The notes beneath the pieces are model-generated. The model saw only the letters and a list, made by a program, of their open reading frames with translations. It was not told the DNA's origin and searched no databases. Shown here piece by piece: positions 25,513-38,228 of a stretch of DNA of 64,000 nt; the stretch's first letter is position 1, and each line of letters begins with the position of its first letter. The position numbers and the translations under genes were made by a program. The stretch comes from Microthyrium microscopicum (Eukaryota). Location of the stretch: positions 791,769 through 855,768 of the forward strand of contig MU004242.1 in NCBI GenBank assembly GCA_010405405.1, given 5' to 3'.

Positions 25513-27213
25513 ATGCACTCTGGTGACCTCGAAGCTGCGATTGAGAAGGATATTGATTGGAACTCCGAAGCCTCAACTCCCAGATTAACGTCACCTCCTA
25601 TGGCGTTGCTCGAGTCTACGCCTGCCAACCCTCTGCCATCGCCAATGCCGAGTAAGCACGAGAAGCTGGTAGACTTTGATGGCAATGGTGACCCTCTCCG
25701 TCCTATAAACTGGCCGATGCGCAAAAAAGTTGTCACGACAGTCCTATATGGAATGACTACTGCCATCGCAACTTGGTTAAGCAGTATATACACTTCAGCC
25801 AGCCAGTCGATATCAACAGAATTCCACATTTCTCCGGAAGTCAGCACTCTTGGGGTGACTCTCTTCCTTTTTGGGTCCGTCATATGGTTTCTTTGCAAAA
25901 ATCAACCTTGTACTAACAGTAGTCAGATTCGGGCTAGGTCCATTATTGTGGGCGCCAATGTCAGAAGCATACGGGCGCAAGATAGCTGTTCTTCCACCAC
26001 TCTTCGTCTCTGCTTGCTTCGTGTTCGGGACGGCGGCGGCAAAGGATATACAGACTATTCTCATTACCCGTTTCTTTGCTGGTTTTTTCAGTGCTGCTCC
26101 GGTAACAAATACAGGAGGTACGAGATAATCTCAAGAGAAAGTATGAGGCCGTTTTTCTAATATATTTACAGGAGTTCTTAGAGATATATGGTCGAATGAG
26201 CAAAGAGGCGTTGCCGTTTTAGGCTATTCGGCCTCCGTGAACATGGCACCATTACTCAGTCCAATCGTCGGTGCAGCACTCGTGCAAAGCTCACTCGGCT
26301 GGCGGTGGACTCACTACCTTACTGGCATCCTGATGCTCGCGCTGCTTGGACTAGATCTTATCTTCTTAGATGAGACGTACGACAAAGTCATTCTTGTAAG
26401 AAAAGCAGAGAAATTACGCAAAGAAACAGGCGATTGGGCACTCCATGCCAGACACGAAGAAGATTTGAACATGGCAGATCTAGTGCACAAATTCCTTGCC
26501 AGGCCATTTCAGCTGCTGCTCACACCAATATGCTTTCTTATGGTTCTCTATGCCAGCTTCGTGTATGGAATTGTATTCCTGTAAGCTTCTATTCATCTCA
26601 TCTTGCGTATAACCCACTAATCTTGATCAGGAACTTCTCCGCATTCGACATTGAATACGCTCAAATCCGCGGCTGGAGCCCAGTAAACGCTTCACTTCCA
26701 CTACTGTCAATTCTAGTCGGTTGCGCCATCGGCGGAGTCGTATGTTACTACAACCAAGGCTTTTATACGCGTCATCTGCATGCCAACAACGATAGAGCCG
26801 TTCCGGAAGCTCGATTACCACCAATGATGATTGGTTCAGTCTCTCTGGCAGCAGGACTGTTCATTTTTGCATGGACGTCCTCGCCGAACATTACCTGGGT
26901 AGCAAGTTGTGTAGGCGGTGCTCTAATGGGACTTGGCTTTTTCGGGATATTTCAAGGAACAACGAATTATTTGGTTGATACCTTTGGAGAATATGGTGCC
27001 AGTGCTATTGGTGCTCAAACCTTGATGAGGAATATCTTCGCTGGGTCATTTCCGTTGTTCACTCGTCAGATGTTTGGCAAGCTTGGTATTGACTGGGGAG
27101 TCAGTCTGCTAGGCTTTATTGCGGTGGTTATGATTCCAATTCCGTTTCTGTTCTACTTAAAAGGGAAGATGATTAGAGCTAGAGGTGCGTTTTCGCGGGA
27201 GTCTGACGATTAG
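25513..27213 (+). CDS. MFS drug:H+ antiporter (DHA1 family), multi-exon
   Basis: Motifs DPLRPINWPMRKK, GPLLWAPMSEAYGRK, LGWRWT, DETY, PEARLPP and YLVDTF..YGASA. Confidence 0.93.
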
Positions 27214-27738
27214 AGGACATATTTCATGTTCAAAAGCATGAATTAGGAGAGGTTTCCTACAAAGCACAAATACACATTCTTCAGAAGTCTAAGCCTTTTT
27301 GATTGATACTACATTTAACTTCAAGACGTTCAGTACATTTGTTAGAGCAGAATCTCTACTGTCCATGTTATCCTACTGCGTATCGCTGGCAGTGTTTCGA
27401 GACTGCTTCTATCTCATGATTCAGGGGAGTTGCTTGCCTGCTTAAAAGTATCCGGGTACAAATTGAAAGTCTTAATCATTTGGTGCAGATGAGTAGAGAT
27501 CTCGAGTAGCGATCTCAGGGTCCAGTAGCATGTCGTGCATGTGTCAATTGTATCACTTCCGTCAGCGGAGCGCATTCTGACCTCATCAAGCTGCAATATG
27601 TGGCAACACACCGGACGGATGGGAGAATTCCAATAGCGATCCAGAACCGCATATTATTACACTCGAGCATCCTGCAGCTTTCTTTGCACTTGTTAAATAA
27701 ACGTTCATCAACAACTACCGTATATTCTGGTACACGAT

Positions 27739-28366
27739 ATGGCTTCCGCGACATCATTTCGAGAAATCATCGGCGTCTCCCCTAGCTCAGCATCTCCAAC
27801 TGACAGCACACTCATCATTATTGACGCGCAGAATGAATATGCAGAAGGAAAGCTTCAAGTCAGCAATGTTGCCTCATCTAGAAAGGCAATTGCAGATCTA
27901 TTGCAAAAATACCGCGACGCAAAAGGAGACATTGTTCATGTTGTTCACAGTGTCCCGGATGGCGCACCCGTCTTCACTCCAAATACGAATCTGGCAGAGG
28001 AATTCGATGAATTAAAGCCAAAGAATGGCGAGAAGGTCATCAAGAAGAACCACCCTGGCTCGTTTGCAGATACCGACCTTCAAAAGCATCTTGAGAGCAC
28101 TGGGAAGAAAAAGTTGGTGCTGACTGGGTATATGGTATGATTTCGCGTTGATATTTGAAGGACCGGGCTGACTTTCCTAGGCACATGTTTGTGTGTCAAC
28201 AACAGCACGTCAAGCGGCGCAGCGAGGATATGATGTTATTGTTGCTGAAGATGCTGTGGGTGATAGGGATATCCCTGGTGTAAAAGCTCAAGAGCTCACG
28301 ACTGTGGCATTGAGGGAGATTGCCGATGCCTTTGGAACTATAGTTTCGAGCAAAGAGATCGCTTGA
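27739..28366 (+). CDS. Isochorismatase-like cysteine hydrolase; 2 exons
   Basis: [19 protein letters not shown] and [15 protein letters not shown], with an intron at about 28135-28180. Confidence 0.92.
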
Positions 28367-29622
28367 CGAATTCTCCGCCTACCGCCGATAATTCTGTCAA
28401 CTTAGCAAATTTGATATTTCAGAATGAGTCGCGCGACAATGTATCTTCAGAACCGCATCGTAACATCAACTAGATGCGGCGTGTGCGATATGGATGAGTT
28501 GTAAAGCTCTGGAGTTGCGAAGTTGAGCAGCTCAACAGCTTGACAAGAGATACAATACGCTCACACAAAGCGCGACTTTCAATAGGAATCGCCGCATCTA
28601 TGGAAGTGATATTCAGTTTTTTTGTTTGTGAAAAGCCGGCTGAGATGGATCCGTATCCAAGAGAACAGAATGGGCAGAGGCCTGCACATTACTGCACTCC
28701 GCACGCGTTGCATTCATTAACATCGAACAGAGCAGCTCGCTTGAATCCTTCCAAGCTATGTCTAGGGCCCTTTAAATCCAAGAATGATTCAAAAATCATA
28801 CAAGTACAGACTTTCTGTGTTTGACCGGAATTTCATTTATTCTTATCTGTTACGTGCAGACTTATTGAACTGTGACTGTTGCTATTTTTCGAAGAACGGC
28901 TAAGGGGATGAACTTCTCAGAACTCTAAGTAATTTATCAATCACCGAGTGCTCGTATATAAGGCTGAGAGAACCGTGCCAATTGCTCAGCCATAGACATC
29001 ATTGCGGGAAGCCAAAACTTGACGCCGCTGACGATCATGATTTGATGGATCCGCATCACCAAACCAAGCACTGAGCAAGATATTATCCACTCTGCTTCAC
29101 GATTTCGAGGATGCATCCTATATTATTAGCATGTTTTCAATTGCAATTGAAAGCGTAAAATTCCACATCTGCATCATCGAAAAAATGAACTTCGGCATTG
29201 TCGGATAACCAACCTCCTCGATGAGGCTCTGCATGTCCAAAATGCCCCTCAAGTGCTCTCGTTCTGGCTAGACTCAGCCTTTCCAAGGCGGCGAGAAAAA
29301 CGCTTGGATCGTACCGCAGCAATCTTGCCTTTTCAAAGGTCCAATCTGCATTGCGATGAGCGTGATCATTGATGTGCAAGTTCCCCATTAGTCGAATCCT
29401 GGCCAGTAGTCATTGAGGTGCATCCGGCACTGCGGGAGATTGACCGAACCTGCATGAGAAGCTCTGCAGCCATGCAGGTCTTCAATGTTGACGGTAGAGC
29501 TTGAAAATGCTTAAGAACAGTGATCGCTGCTGAAAATTGACGAATTCAACAATTCAACAAGTTCTAAACCTTCTCTCTTTTTCAACATCAAATTTCAAGC
29601 GCAGAAAAATCTCGAGTTCAAA

Positions 29623-30150
29623 ATGGTCTTCTTCAAATCTCTCGTTTCAGCCTTGCTGCTCGCAGTATCAGCAGTAGCACAAACAGCTCCACCAGCTCCA
29701 GGCCTTACATATTTGTACACCGTCAACCTCAACGTTTCCACACCAATCGATTTAGGTGTTGGACCAGCTGGTCTTCGCCGTATCGTTCCCGTCATTGGAG
29801 GAGTTTTCACTGGCCCAAAACTCAACGGTATGAGAGCCTTTTGTGCGTCCGACAGGGTAGATTCTAATAGCCTTCTAGGTACTGCTTTCGCAGTCGGTGG
29901 AGATTTCGGATTCGCGGACCCTAAGACAACTGTCTTCTACTCGGACACACGTTATGCTTTCAACACATCTGATGGCGCTTTAATCTATGTCACATCCACT
30001 GGAGCTTCAGTCAACGGCACCCTCCACTCTCACTTCAAGTACGAAACTAGCAGCGCTGCATACGCATGGTTGAACACCATTACCACCATCGGCGTTGGCA
30101 AGATCAACTTGGCCACTGGCGGTCTTAAGGTCGATACCTGGTACTTCTAA
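29623..30150 (+). CDS. Secreted DUF3237 (UPF0311)-like protein
   Basis: Signal peptide, GPAGLRRIVPVIGGVFTGPKLNG, DTRY, T.DGALIYV and ETSSAAYAWLN. Probable 51-nt in-frame intron at 29828-29878. Confidence 0.85.
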   Translation: MVFFKSLVSALLLAVSAVAQTAPPAPGLTYLYTVNLNVSTPIDLGVGPAGLRRIVPVIGGVFTGPKLNGMRAFCASDRVDSNSLLGTAFAVGGDFGFADPKTTVFYSDTRYAFNTSDGALIYVTSTGASVNGTLHSHFKYETSSAAYAWLNTITTIGVGKINLATGGLKVDTWYF

Positions 30151-30639
30151 AGAATCAAGTAACAGGCGGCCTGAGTGGTAATGAACGGCTGCGTGCCAGG
30201 CTCAGGAAAATTTCAAATACTTTGTACATACATCCAGCATTAATGTCTTATCAATAATGAAGCCATAAAAATCTTTTCACAACAATTTCCAACTCTTAGG
30301 CACATTCATTTTTCATATTCGTCATGATGTTTACGAAATCTAGACTTTACGGAGTGTGGCCCGGAAAATGGGGAGCCCGCAGGTACGGGACAAGGATTTA
30401 AATCAGTTGTCCAAAAATATCTTTTGATCTGCATTTCTGATTGGTCGAAAGGTGGGACTAGCGCACAATTTCAGATAGAAACTTGACAAGCTTGACAAGC
30501 TGGAGTGCAGTGCTGTATGCATGCATATGTCCAAACACTGGTCATTTTTATACTTTCAGAGGCGGGAGGCTGGAAATGCTTGCGATGGGCGACGGCTTTC
30601 TTTGACTACAGGATATTATTCAAGTGGGTTTGCGCCACT

Positions 30640-30717
30640 AGCGAGATAAGCCGTGGCATTGACATATTCAAGCTCCCCAGCGAGATAAGCCGTGGCGTTG
30701 ACATATTCAAGCTCCCC
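30640..30717. repeat. 39-bp tandem duplication
   Basis: AGCGAGATAAGCCGTGGC(A/G)TTGACATATTCAAGCTCCCC occurs twice with one mismatch. Confidence 0.95.
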
Positions 30718-31382
30718 AACTTGATATTGGCTTCAAGTTTGGTATATTATGGTTTCCTCAAAATGCCTACAAAGTAAAGCGAGGCGGGAAGCTTAGCTCT
30801 ACAGTCCCAATAACGAAGTCAATTTCGACTGGACGGTACCAACAAAATGCAAAATTGTATGGTCTATGGTGGGAGGCTCTCAAACAATAAGGTAACGATA
30901 AGGCTGAGGATCGCTACTTTGTCCCAAGCTTAGACAAATTGGGTTTTGCATCGGCAAGCCGACGGGGTCGCAATAAGTGGCGAACTCCCATCAGACCTGT
31001 TACATTCTAAGATCAGTTGTACATCAAATCTGGCGACCTTGATAAGGTATGCAAAAACTAAACACCATGCCAATCGTCACTTCAATCTCCCAGATCCTAG
31101 TGAACGGCCTCACCTTTCAGCAGCCGGAATTACTGATTATTGTATCAGAAAGCGAGGTTTACCTATACTTTCAACATGCAAGTCATTACGATTACCCAAA
31201 GCCTTTGGGCCATCATACCTAAGTCACTAGAATACACCATTGGACATTCTGCACGTACTTTTGCAATATCCAATATCCACACGAGAAAACTAGTTCATTA
31301 TTACCAGGGACGTAACCAATGCTAAGCGCGAAGATTTCCTCTCTGTCTACCCACCAATAAGGCGATTTCAAGGCTTATTGAG

Positions 31383-32682
31383 TTATGCCTTAACCTTGAT
31401 TTTGTCTGTATTACGCATCGTGACGTTCCAATTCTGGCTAATCAGCGAACCGGGGCTCTTCGGGTCAGTCCATTGTGCTTTAGCTTTAGCATCACCTCGG
31501 AAGACCCAGTCAAATAGAGCAGCAACAGCATCTCCATATTTCCCTCCGTCCTTTCCAAAGAAAGTACCCAGATGTCCAGATTGTAACTCGGCATTAATTA
31601 CAACATTTTCTGCAGGCAATGCTGGGTAATCAGATTTAGCCTGAAGGAAAAGTTAATACATAAATCGCAAGGAAATGGAAGACTCGTCGACTCACGTTCT
31701 CATAGGCAACATCTTTGGGTCCACCAGTGATGAGAACAACTGGAGCTTTGACTTCTTTGAGCAAGTACTTTTTCTTCGGGTCGATGACACCACTGTTCAT
31801 CGGAACAATCAATTTGACCTTATCATTATGATAGGCCGCAGAGTATGCTTCCAAGCCACCACAGCTGGACCCAGCAGTCATAAAAAAGTCCTTGTCAATG
31901 CTACCAAGCTTGTCTGCGCCACCCTTGACGACCCAATCTTGAGCATCAAGCATATTCTGGATCTTGGAGAAACCGGCGCGTAGGGTTGGATAGGCTGGGC
32001 CGGACATGTCTTCTTTGAGCAGAATGCCACCGGCACTGCAGTCCTTGACACTTGGTGGGCATGCGCCAGGAGGTCCATTAGCAATCGCGACATAACCGTA
32101 CGATGCGATATCAGTGAGGAATAGGCCGTAAGGCGTGCCTGCGCTGGTGCAGCCTCCGTTGCCTACGATAAACGTCAGCATGGGTTTGAAATCTGGTAAT
32201 TGCGCTTTGGAATACGTACCCCAGAGAAGAGTTGCCATCTTCAGATCCTTGGGTGGGTTGATTGGCGCATATACCGTATGGTTTCCTAGAAGCTCACCAT
32301 ACATCTTCGCCGGATATGGACCCTTTCCTTTGGAGTAAAAGTCCTTCACTGAGAGCTTGGCTGTTGGATATTCTGGACCAGTGGGAACCAGCAGTGTGAT
32401 AGGGTCAATTTCACCGAGCCAGCTGGATATTCCAGCTGTGATGCTGTCCAGAATTCCTTTCGGTGCAGCTTTCGGTGCCGGAGTTGGAGTCGCACTTGGT
32501 GCAGCAGGTGTAATGACTACTTGATCCAGGGAGGCTGGTATCGCGTAACCCATACCATAAATACCTCCCATCTCGAGCTGTGCGGTCTTCTCGGCGGCGC
32601 CCGTAGGTGGAACTTGTGCAGGCGCTTGGGGTGTAGCGGCGGCCACACCCAGGAGACATAGTGCGTTGATGAGGCGCGTCAT
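31383..32682 (-). CDS. Secreted alpha/beta hydrolase with a Pro/Ala-rich N-terminal region; 3 exons
   Basis: Signal peptide, GPYPA, HTVYAP, LWGNGGC, IASYGYVAIANG, nucleophile elbow AGSSCGGLEA, GGPKDVAY and GHLGT. Introns at 32163-32219 and about 31638-31693. Confidence 0.85.
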
Positions 32683-33724
32683 GTTGCTGATTATGCGGCA
32701 GACGATGGTAAGTGCCCAGTTGAATCAAGCGTCAAGAAGTCTATGAATGGTTCGTCCAGGCTAAACTCTTATATAAAGTCTTCTACGAGAATATCTCCCC
32801 TGTCACACTCTTCGCTCTGGTACAGCTTGTGCTGCCCTACTGTTTACAAAAGTAATCTAAAATCGGACGCAACCGAAGTAACGGTACTGAACTAGCAATG
32901 TCCGGGGTATTCTATGCCTAGAAAGGACAGCTTAAATGTAAATAATGATCCGAATAGGCTCTATTACTTTCCAATAGCAATGAACTTAGCTGTGAAGTAG
33001 GTAAAGGTGCACTTTTCCTATTTACTTTTATTAGCAGCTCGCTTTTATGCGACCCACGGTTGATGCTATTGGGCAAACAGACTTAAGATAGATTAAACCT
33101 TTATATTGTCTCGATGCTTTCATGTCATATGTCTTACTTAAAGTCTTTTGAGCTGCATACAGAAGCCCTTCAGCTGTGTACAGACACAATCGTCTCAACG
33201 CAGACTATCACGACTGCGAAATTATTAGCCGGAGCATACAGATAATCATAGCCTAAAGCTACTACACAGAGTACTGCAACAAGTAACAGCGCATATAGCT
33301 TCGATCACTACTCGATTTTGACTAACAAATAAGCAAGGCTAGATTTAAAATTTTAGAATGTTCGTTGAATCGATATGAGGCCGGTCAGATTCAATACTTC
33401 CTTTGAATTGCAGATACGGCTGGGCAAAAGGCATGCTGAGAAAAGCTCATCATAGTGCAAAAGTATTTGACCGCCATCTGGTTATTTACACTCCATATTT
33501 TCCAACCTTGCTTACGAGCTCATGCTCGAACCAATCTACCAACAATGGAGCAGTCACTATGTTTCATTTCGAGATTCGTTTTTACAGTGAAGGTCTTTTG
33601 ATTTGGGCAAAACTAATATCACCTTATGTAGTACATTGCGCATACACATAGGACCACGACCGGATCCTACCGACAATATGAACTAATGATGATCTTGAGC
33701 CTGCCTCGTGAGATTCTAGACTAT

Positions 33725-34087
33725 CTAGATCATCTTATGTTTCTTTGGTGCAGTTTGGCAGGTACATACGGCCTTGGCCTGATTGAGAAGCGCACCGATA
33801 TCTGGAGTTGGTGTGCATTTGTTGACACACGGAACAGCTGCTGCCTGGATTGCGTTCAAGTTCTTGCAAAGACAGTCAAGATCCTTAGTACCAGCCGAGC
33901 ATTTAGCTGATGGTGCGGCGTCGTCGATACATTTTTTCTGTTAGGCTGTTAGATGTCTTGCAATAATAGACCTTTCAGGCATGCATACAGGGCAGGCGGC
34001 GAATGCGTTTGCTTTAGCGACGCATTCCGGCCTTGAATCTGCGGCAACCAGGCCGAAAGCGAGAGAGATAAGGGCGAGATATTTCAT
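33725..34087 (-). CDS. Small secreted CFEM-like protein (~100 aa, 10 Cys); 2 exons
   Basis: MKYLALISLAFGLVAA signal. An intron at about 33938-33988 gives ...CVAKANAFAACP|KKCIDDAAPSAKCSAGTKDLDCLCKN..PCVNKC..VCTC..KMI*. Confidence 0.8.
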
Positions 34088-35189
34088 CTTGGACTGTAAG
34101 AAGATTTGATTGGGATTTATTTGAAGTTGAAGTTGAAGTAGTTGAAGATGAGAACTGGTGGATATCTTGAACCCATATGCAGACCTTCTCAATAATATAT
34201 ATACCTACATGCTGTCCCTGAATCACAAGCCAATATATATAACTATTCCCACCTGAAGATCGTTATCTCCAGAGCCCTCCGTCATTGCTCAGGTTTGGAG
34301 CTTTGGCGGGCAGAGTTCGCTTCCTCCGAAAAGCACAGTTCATGTGTGGTAAACGATTTCTGCTCAGGGCATGTCTTCACGTTACCAGATATTCATTAGA
34401 GCTAATTGATGAATAAGGTAGTGTGCTAGGACACGGAATATGGATAGGCGATCTTACAAGCATAGTAATTGGCTACCTTGAATGTTATGTTGCAGTGATA
34501 TCATACGATGGACGAAAGTGCCCTTCAAGCATAAGCTAGGCATCTCGGTAGGGCCCAAGTCCAACCATTCCGCTAAAATAGTGGTTTAGAGATGAAAGCT
34601 CATTAGCACAAAGGCAAACCACGCGTTAAGCTTTTGGCTACCCTTTTAGATGGGAGATGATTATCAAGGGTTGGTAAATGACCCTTCTCGGGTTTGAAGT
34701 ATAGCGAGAGGCTCTTTCTATCATGTTAATCTCTCCAGAATCCCACAGACAGGCACCAACTATTGATCTGCAAGTCCCGCAGATGACCAGGCGTTTGAAT
34801 AATTTTCTATGCCCCAGTGACTGGTATTAGATGAAGAAATGGAAGGAAGACATCTCCAGAGCTCACAATTGCTCTGCCCACGAACCAATCTAACATCTCG
34901 GAATAACCTTGCAGAAAAAGAAAACCTACGTAAGTCATGTCTTTCATAATCGGTTTGTAAGAGAGCTATATGCTGAAAACTTGGTCTAAAACTACGAGAG
35001 TGCGCACAGAAGGCAATGACATGCAAAAATATTCTATTTGATCAAACTAAACGCTTGAGTGGATGAGGTGTAGTTATCTACCCAGCTCAAGAAACATATC
35101 TTCTAGTTGTCTGAATGATGAAAGAATCTGGGGAAATGATGGCATAACCAGACTTCCCAGAATCTGTTCCCTGCATATCCGCCTCAATG

Positions 35190-35763
35190 GAGATCTACCC
35201 GTCACTTAATCTCAAAGACTATGGAACGAATGTGATCGCCCTTATAAGGCCGAGCCCTACTCAACTTCTTGCTACCTGGTTCCCAGCTTGCCTCCTGACG
35301 AATTTGATATATACCTCGACCTTCATATCAACCGCCCTCTACCAAATTCAGGATACGTAATGGTTAAACCTAGGTCCGCGGCTTGGTAAGATGATTGTGG
35401 TGTGGTCGTCTTGAGAGAGATTCCGATATAGCACAAGAACGGATTATATTTGTATGAGATAATCCAAGCGCTGTTTTTAGCCCAAGAAACTCGAGTTCCA
35501 CGTGGTTTGAGAAGCATGTGAAACTAGGTACTGTTTGGTGTAGATATGAACTTGATGGTAATGCTGTTGTTGCTTGGGTCATGTCTTTTTCGATCTTCTA
35601 GTGCTTGAGCATCGCCGAGGCATATCTGGTACCTGAGTTCCTCCAGTGGACGACGAGCGGAGGTCAGATCTCCTCCATTTCGTGTCCCTATCTGGTCATG
35701 AATGCCTGTCAAGGCGCCTCGCATGAAATGAATTTGTTCGGATTCGCTCAAAGGGTCAACCAT
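35190..35763 (-). pseudogene. Degraded gene relic, possibly a fungal Uma2-like PD-(D/E)XK family member
   Basis: Fragments across three frames with stops: HDPSNNSITIKFISTP, YQAADLGL, LVEGG*YE, IRQEASW and IRSIVFEIK. The match is from memory of motif order only. Confidence 0.22.
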
Positions 35764-36526
35764 TGAAGTTTGGCTGTTTGGAATTGGGTTCTTATTATTA
35801 TTGATATCATACTGGTTATGATTTATATCCAAAACTTCAATTGTTGCCGCTGGAGTTAGATCAAGTGACAATTTCACAAGAAATATGTAGGCCTAAATTA
35901 GGATCAAAAAGAAACCACAAATCTTACCAAGGATGGTGGCTGTGTGTGGTGCAGTCGCAACAAGTGGAAACTGCAAGCGACGCCGAGGCCTTGTTCAACA
36001 AGGTTCCTACCTCTCACTCTTTACAAGTACAGAACCTTCAACACTCCAAACTCGAGTACTGAATCTGATGAGCTTCACTTCGATTTCTAACGCTTTTGTA
36101 ATTCATCCATACCGGACAAGCTATGGTCTAGAGCACTTCTCGTTGGGGGCGAGATGACTAGGAGTTCATTTCACCATCCAACAGTTGGATGGCAGATTTT
36201 GCCGTGATCTGCCAAGCAGACTCTCATGAAAGCACAAGGGGTAAAGTAATGACTTCCTGCGCCACTACCAAGGAACTAGCCAGACGTTGCAGTTCAACAG
36301 ACATTCTGGACTACTGATAGGCATCGTGACTGGTGGTACATATTTTCTTGCATGTCTTGGATACTTGGCAGCTGAACGGAGATATCGAACTGACTGAACA
36401 CGATGGAGAAGTAAATATCTCGCTATCTCCAATACTGAGTTCTATATCAAATTACCTTGATCCTCCGCTGAGAAAAGAGCCTTCAGTGTCTTGCATGCCT
36501 AAAATCCATAGCTTTTATGGTGTACG

Positions 36527-37675
36527 ATGCCGCAAATCAGATTGGTTCAGAGGCCTATAACTCATCAAGTATGGGTCTTACTTTCCCTGATCACTAGTTT
36601 CGCTATACTACCATCAGCCAACGCAGCAAGCAACTCGTCACATGCGGCTACTAATACATCGACATCATCAAGGAACAGCACATATTCCATAGACGACGTT
36701 CAAAACGGAGAGGTTGACAAAGTCAAATCACAAATCAAATGCTACGCACTTCCATATGGCGGTATTGGTGCCGCCTCTCACGTCCTCACTTACTACTGTC
36801 TGTTAGTGAATGCCATAGGCCGAAAGCCGCTTATGCCATGGAAACTTCAACAGTACGCCTGGCTCAACATCGCCATTGGTACCATTCAGCTCATCGGCTC
36901 CACGATCACATCTGTCTTAGCGATTTCACGATGCTCAGGACATCCAGATCTACAATTACTAGGAGTGTGGATGATATTGACTAGTCTCGCGGCGTCTACT
37001 GCTTCTATGCTAGGCCATGGCAGGTGGATCTTTTCCAAGCGGGGAAAAGCGGCAGAAGAAGAAACAGTTCAGCAAAATGAGAATCCTCCCAATTTGACGT
37101 ATCAACAACCATATCAATCCAACCAAAGCATGAACTATTATGCATACGAACTCGCTTCCCCAACCGACAAGCTGCGTGAACCAGAACAGACAATCAGAGA
37201 GCCATATACAAAGATCTGTTGCTTCATTCCGGTGTACAAACCAACCTTCGGCGGCATGGCAGACAAGAGAGGCCAATACATATCATGGGGCCTCATCACC
37301 GCTCTATGGCTTGCTGGATGCGAAATGGGAGCGGTGGGATCTGTGAGAATTGCTTTGAAAACCTTCCTTGTGGTTACACCGGTCTGGAAGATCACTGCTG
37401 GCTTTTTCGGCCTGCCAGCACTGTTTTTGATCTTTTGGGCACTGAGTGTGATCACCGCAACTACCTGTAAAGACGTGAAGGAAAGCTGGAATTGCTTGCA
37501 GATGACTTGGAAAGTATGCTTGGTCTTCTTGGTGGCAATGTTATTCTACATGGACTTTTGGCTCGCAGCTGTCATTGGGAATTGGGGTGGTTTGCCACAG
37601 AACATGGAAAAGGACGGAAAGATACTGTACTGGGTCTATTTTGGCGTTAAAAGATTGGCTTTCTTGTCAAGCTGA
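36527..37675 (+). CDS. Multi-pass membrane protein of an uncharacterised fungal family
   Basis: Intronless 382-aa ORF with an N-terminal hydrophobic segment, IKCYALPYGGIGAASHVLTYY, about 7 TM segments and LYWVYFGVKRL. Confidence 0.8.
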   Translation: MPQIRLVQRPITHQVWVLLSLITSFAILPSANAASNSSHAATNTSTSSRNSTYSIDDVQNGEVDKVKSQIKCYALPYGGIGAASHVLTYYCLLVNAIGRKPLMPWKLQQYAWLNIAIGTIQLIGSTITSVLAISRCSGHPDLQLLGVWMILTSLAASTASMLGHGRWIFSKRGKAAEEETVQQNENPPNLTYQQPYQSNQSMNYYAYELASPTDKLREPEQTIREPYTKICCFIPVYKPTFGGMADKRGQYISWGLITALWLAGCEMGAVGSVRIALKTFLVVTPVWKITAGFFGLPALFLIFWALSVITATTCKDVKESWNCLQMTWKVCLVFLVAMLFYMDFWLAAVIGNWGGLPQNMEKDGKILYWVYFGVKRLAFLSS

Positions 37676-38228
37676 GTTGGTCACAGACTACAGACTAGGA
37701 GCATGGTCGGGTGTTTGGCTGCTGTACACTCTGACTCCAGTCTCGCGACCTGCTGGCCAGTACTATGACTTCAAAGACCTGGAGAGAGTTGCTATACATA
37801 CTCGCAGCCACAGCCGACCTTCGATTTGAGCCTCTGAATTGAACAGTAATTTACAAAGTCAAAAACGCTCTTTTGCCAGTGCGATGGGAGACATTTTAGT
37901 CGATGGGAGCGTTCCGATCATTTGTTGCCCAGTGGCTCTATGAATCAATGATTGAAAGTCTTGGCAACAGATCATAGCGCGAGCCGATAGGGCATCAGTG
38001 GCTGTGATCGCATTTATTTATGGTGTGGACCTGACTAAGTTCATTTAGAATTAATATATATCCATGAGTTTCGAGATACCTCAACATTTCACAACAACAT
38101 GGCGAGAAATCACGTAGCTCATTCATGCTCGTCGCATACGAATTTGTGGTAAATGCGCTTCAATTCGCGGTATTGTCTTTTCATGTTGCCCACTTAGATT
38201 TGATCTTGCTTTCTGGCAGATTGGGCAC

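Noticed and set aside
30640..30717. CRISPR-like repeat
   Set aside because: Only two abutting copies, no spacers, no cas genes, eukaryotic context.
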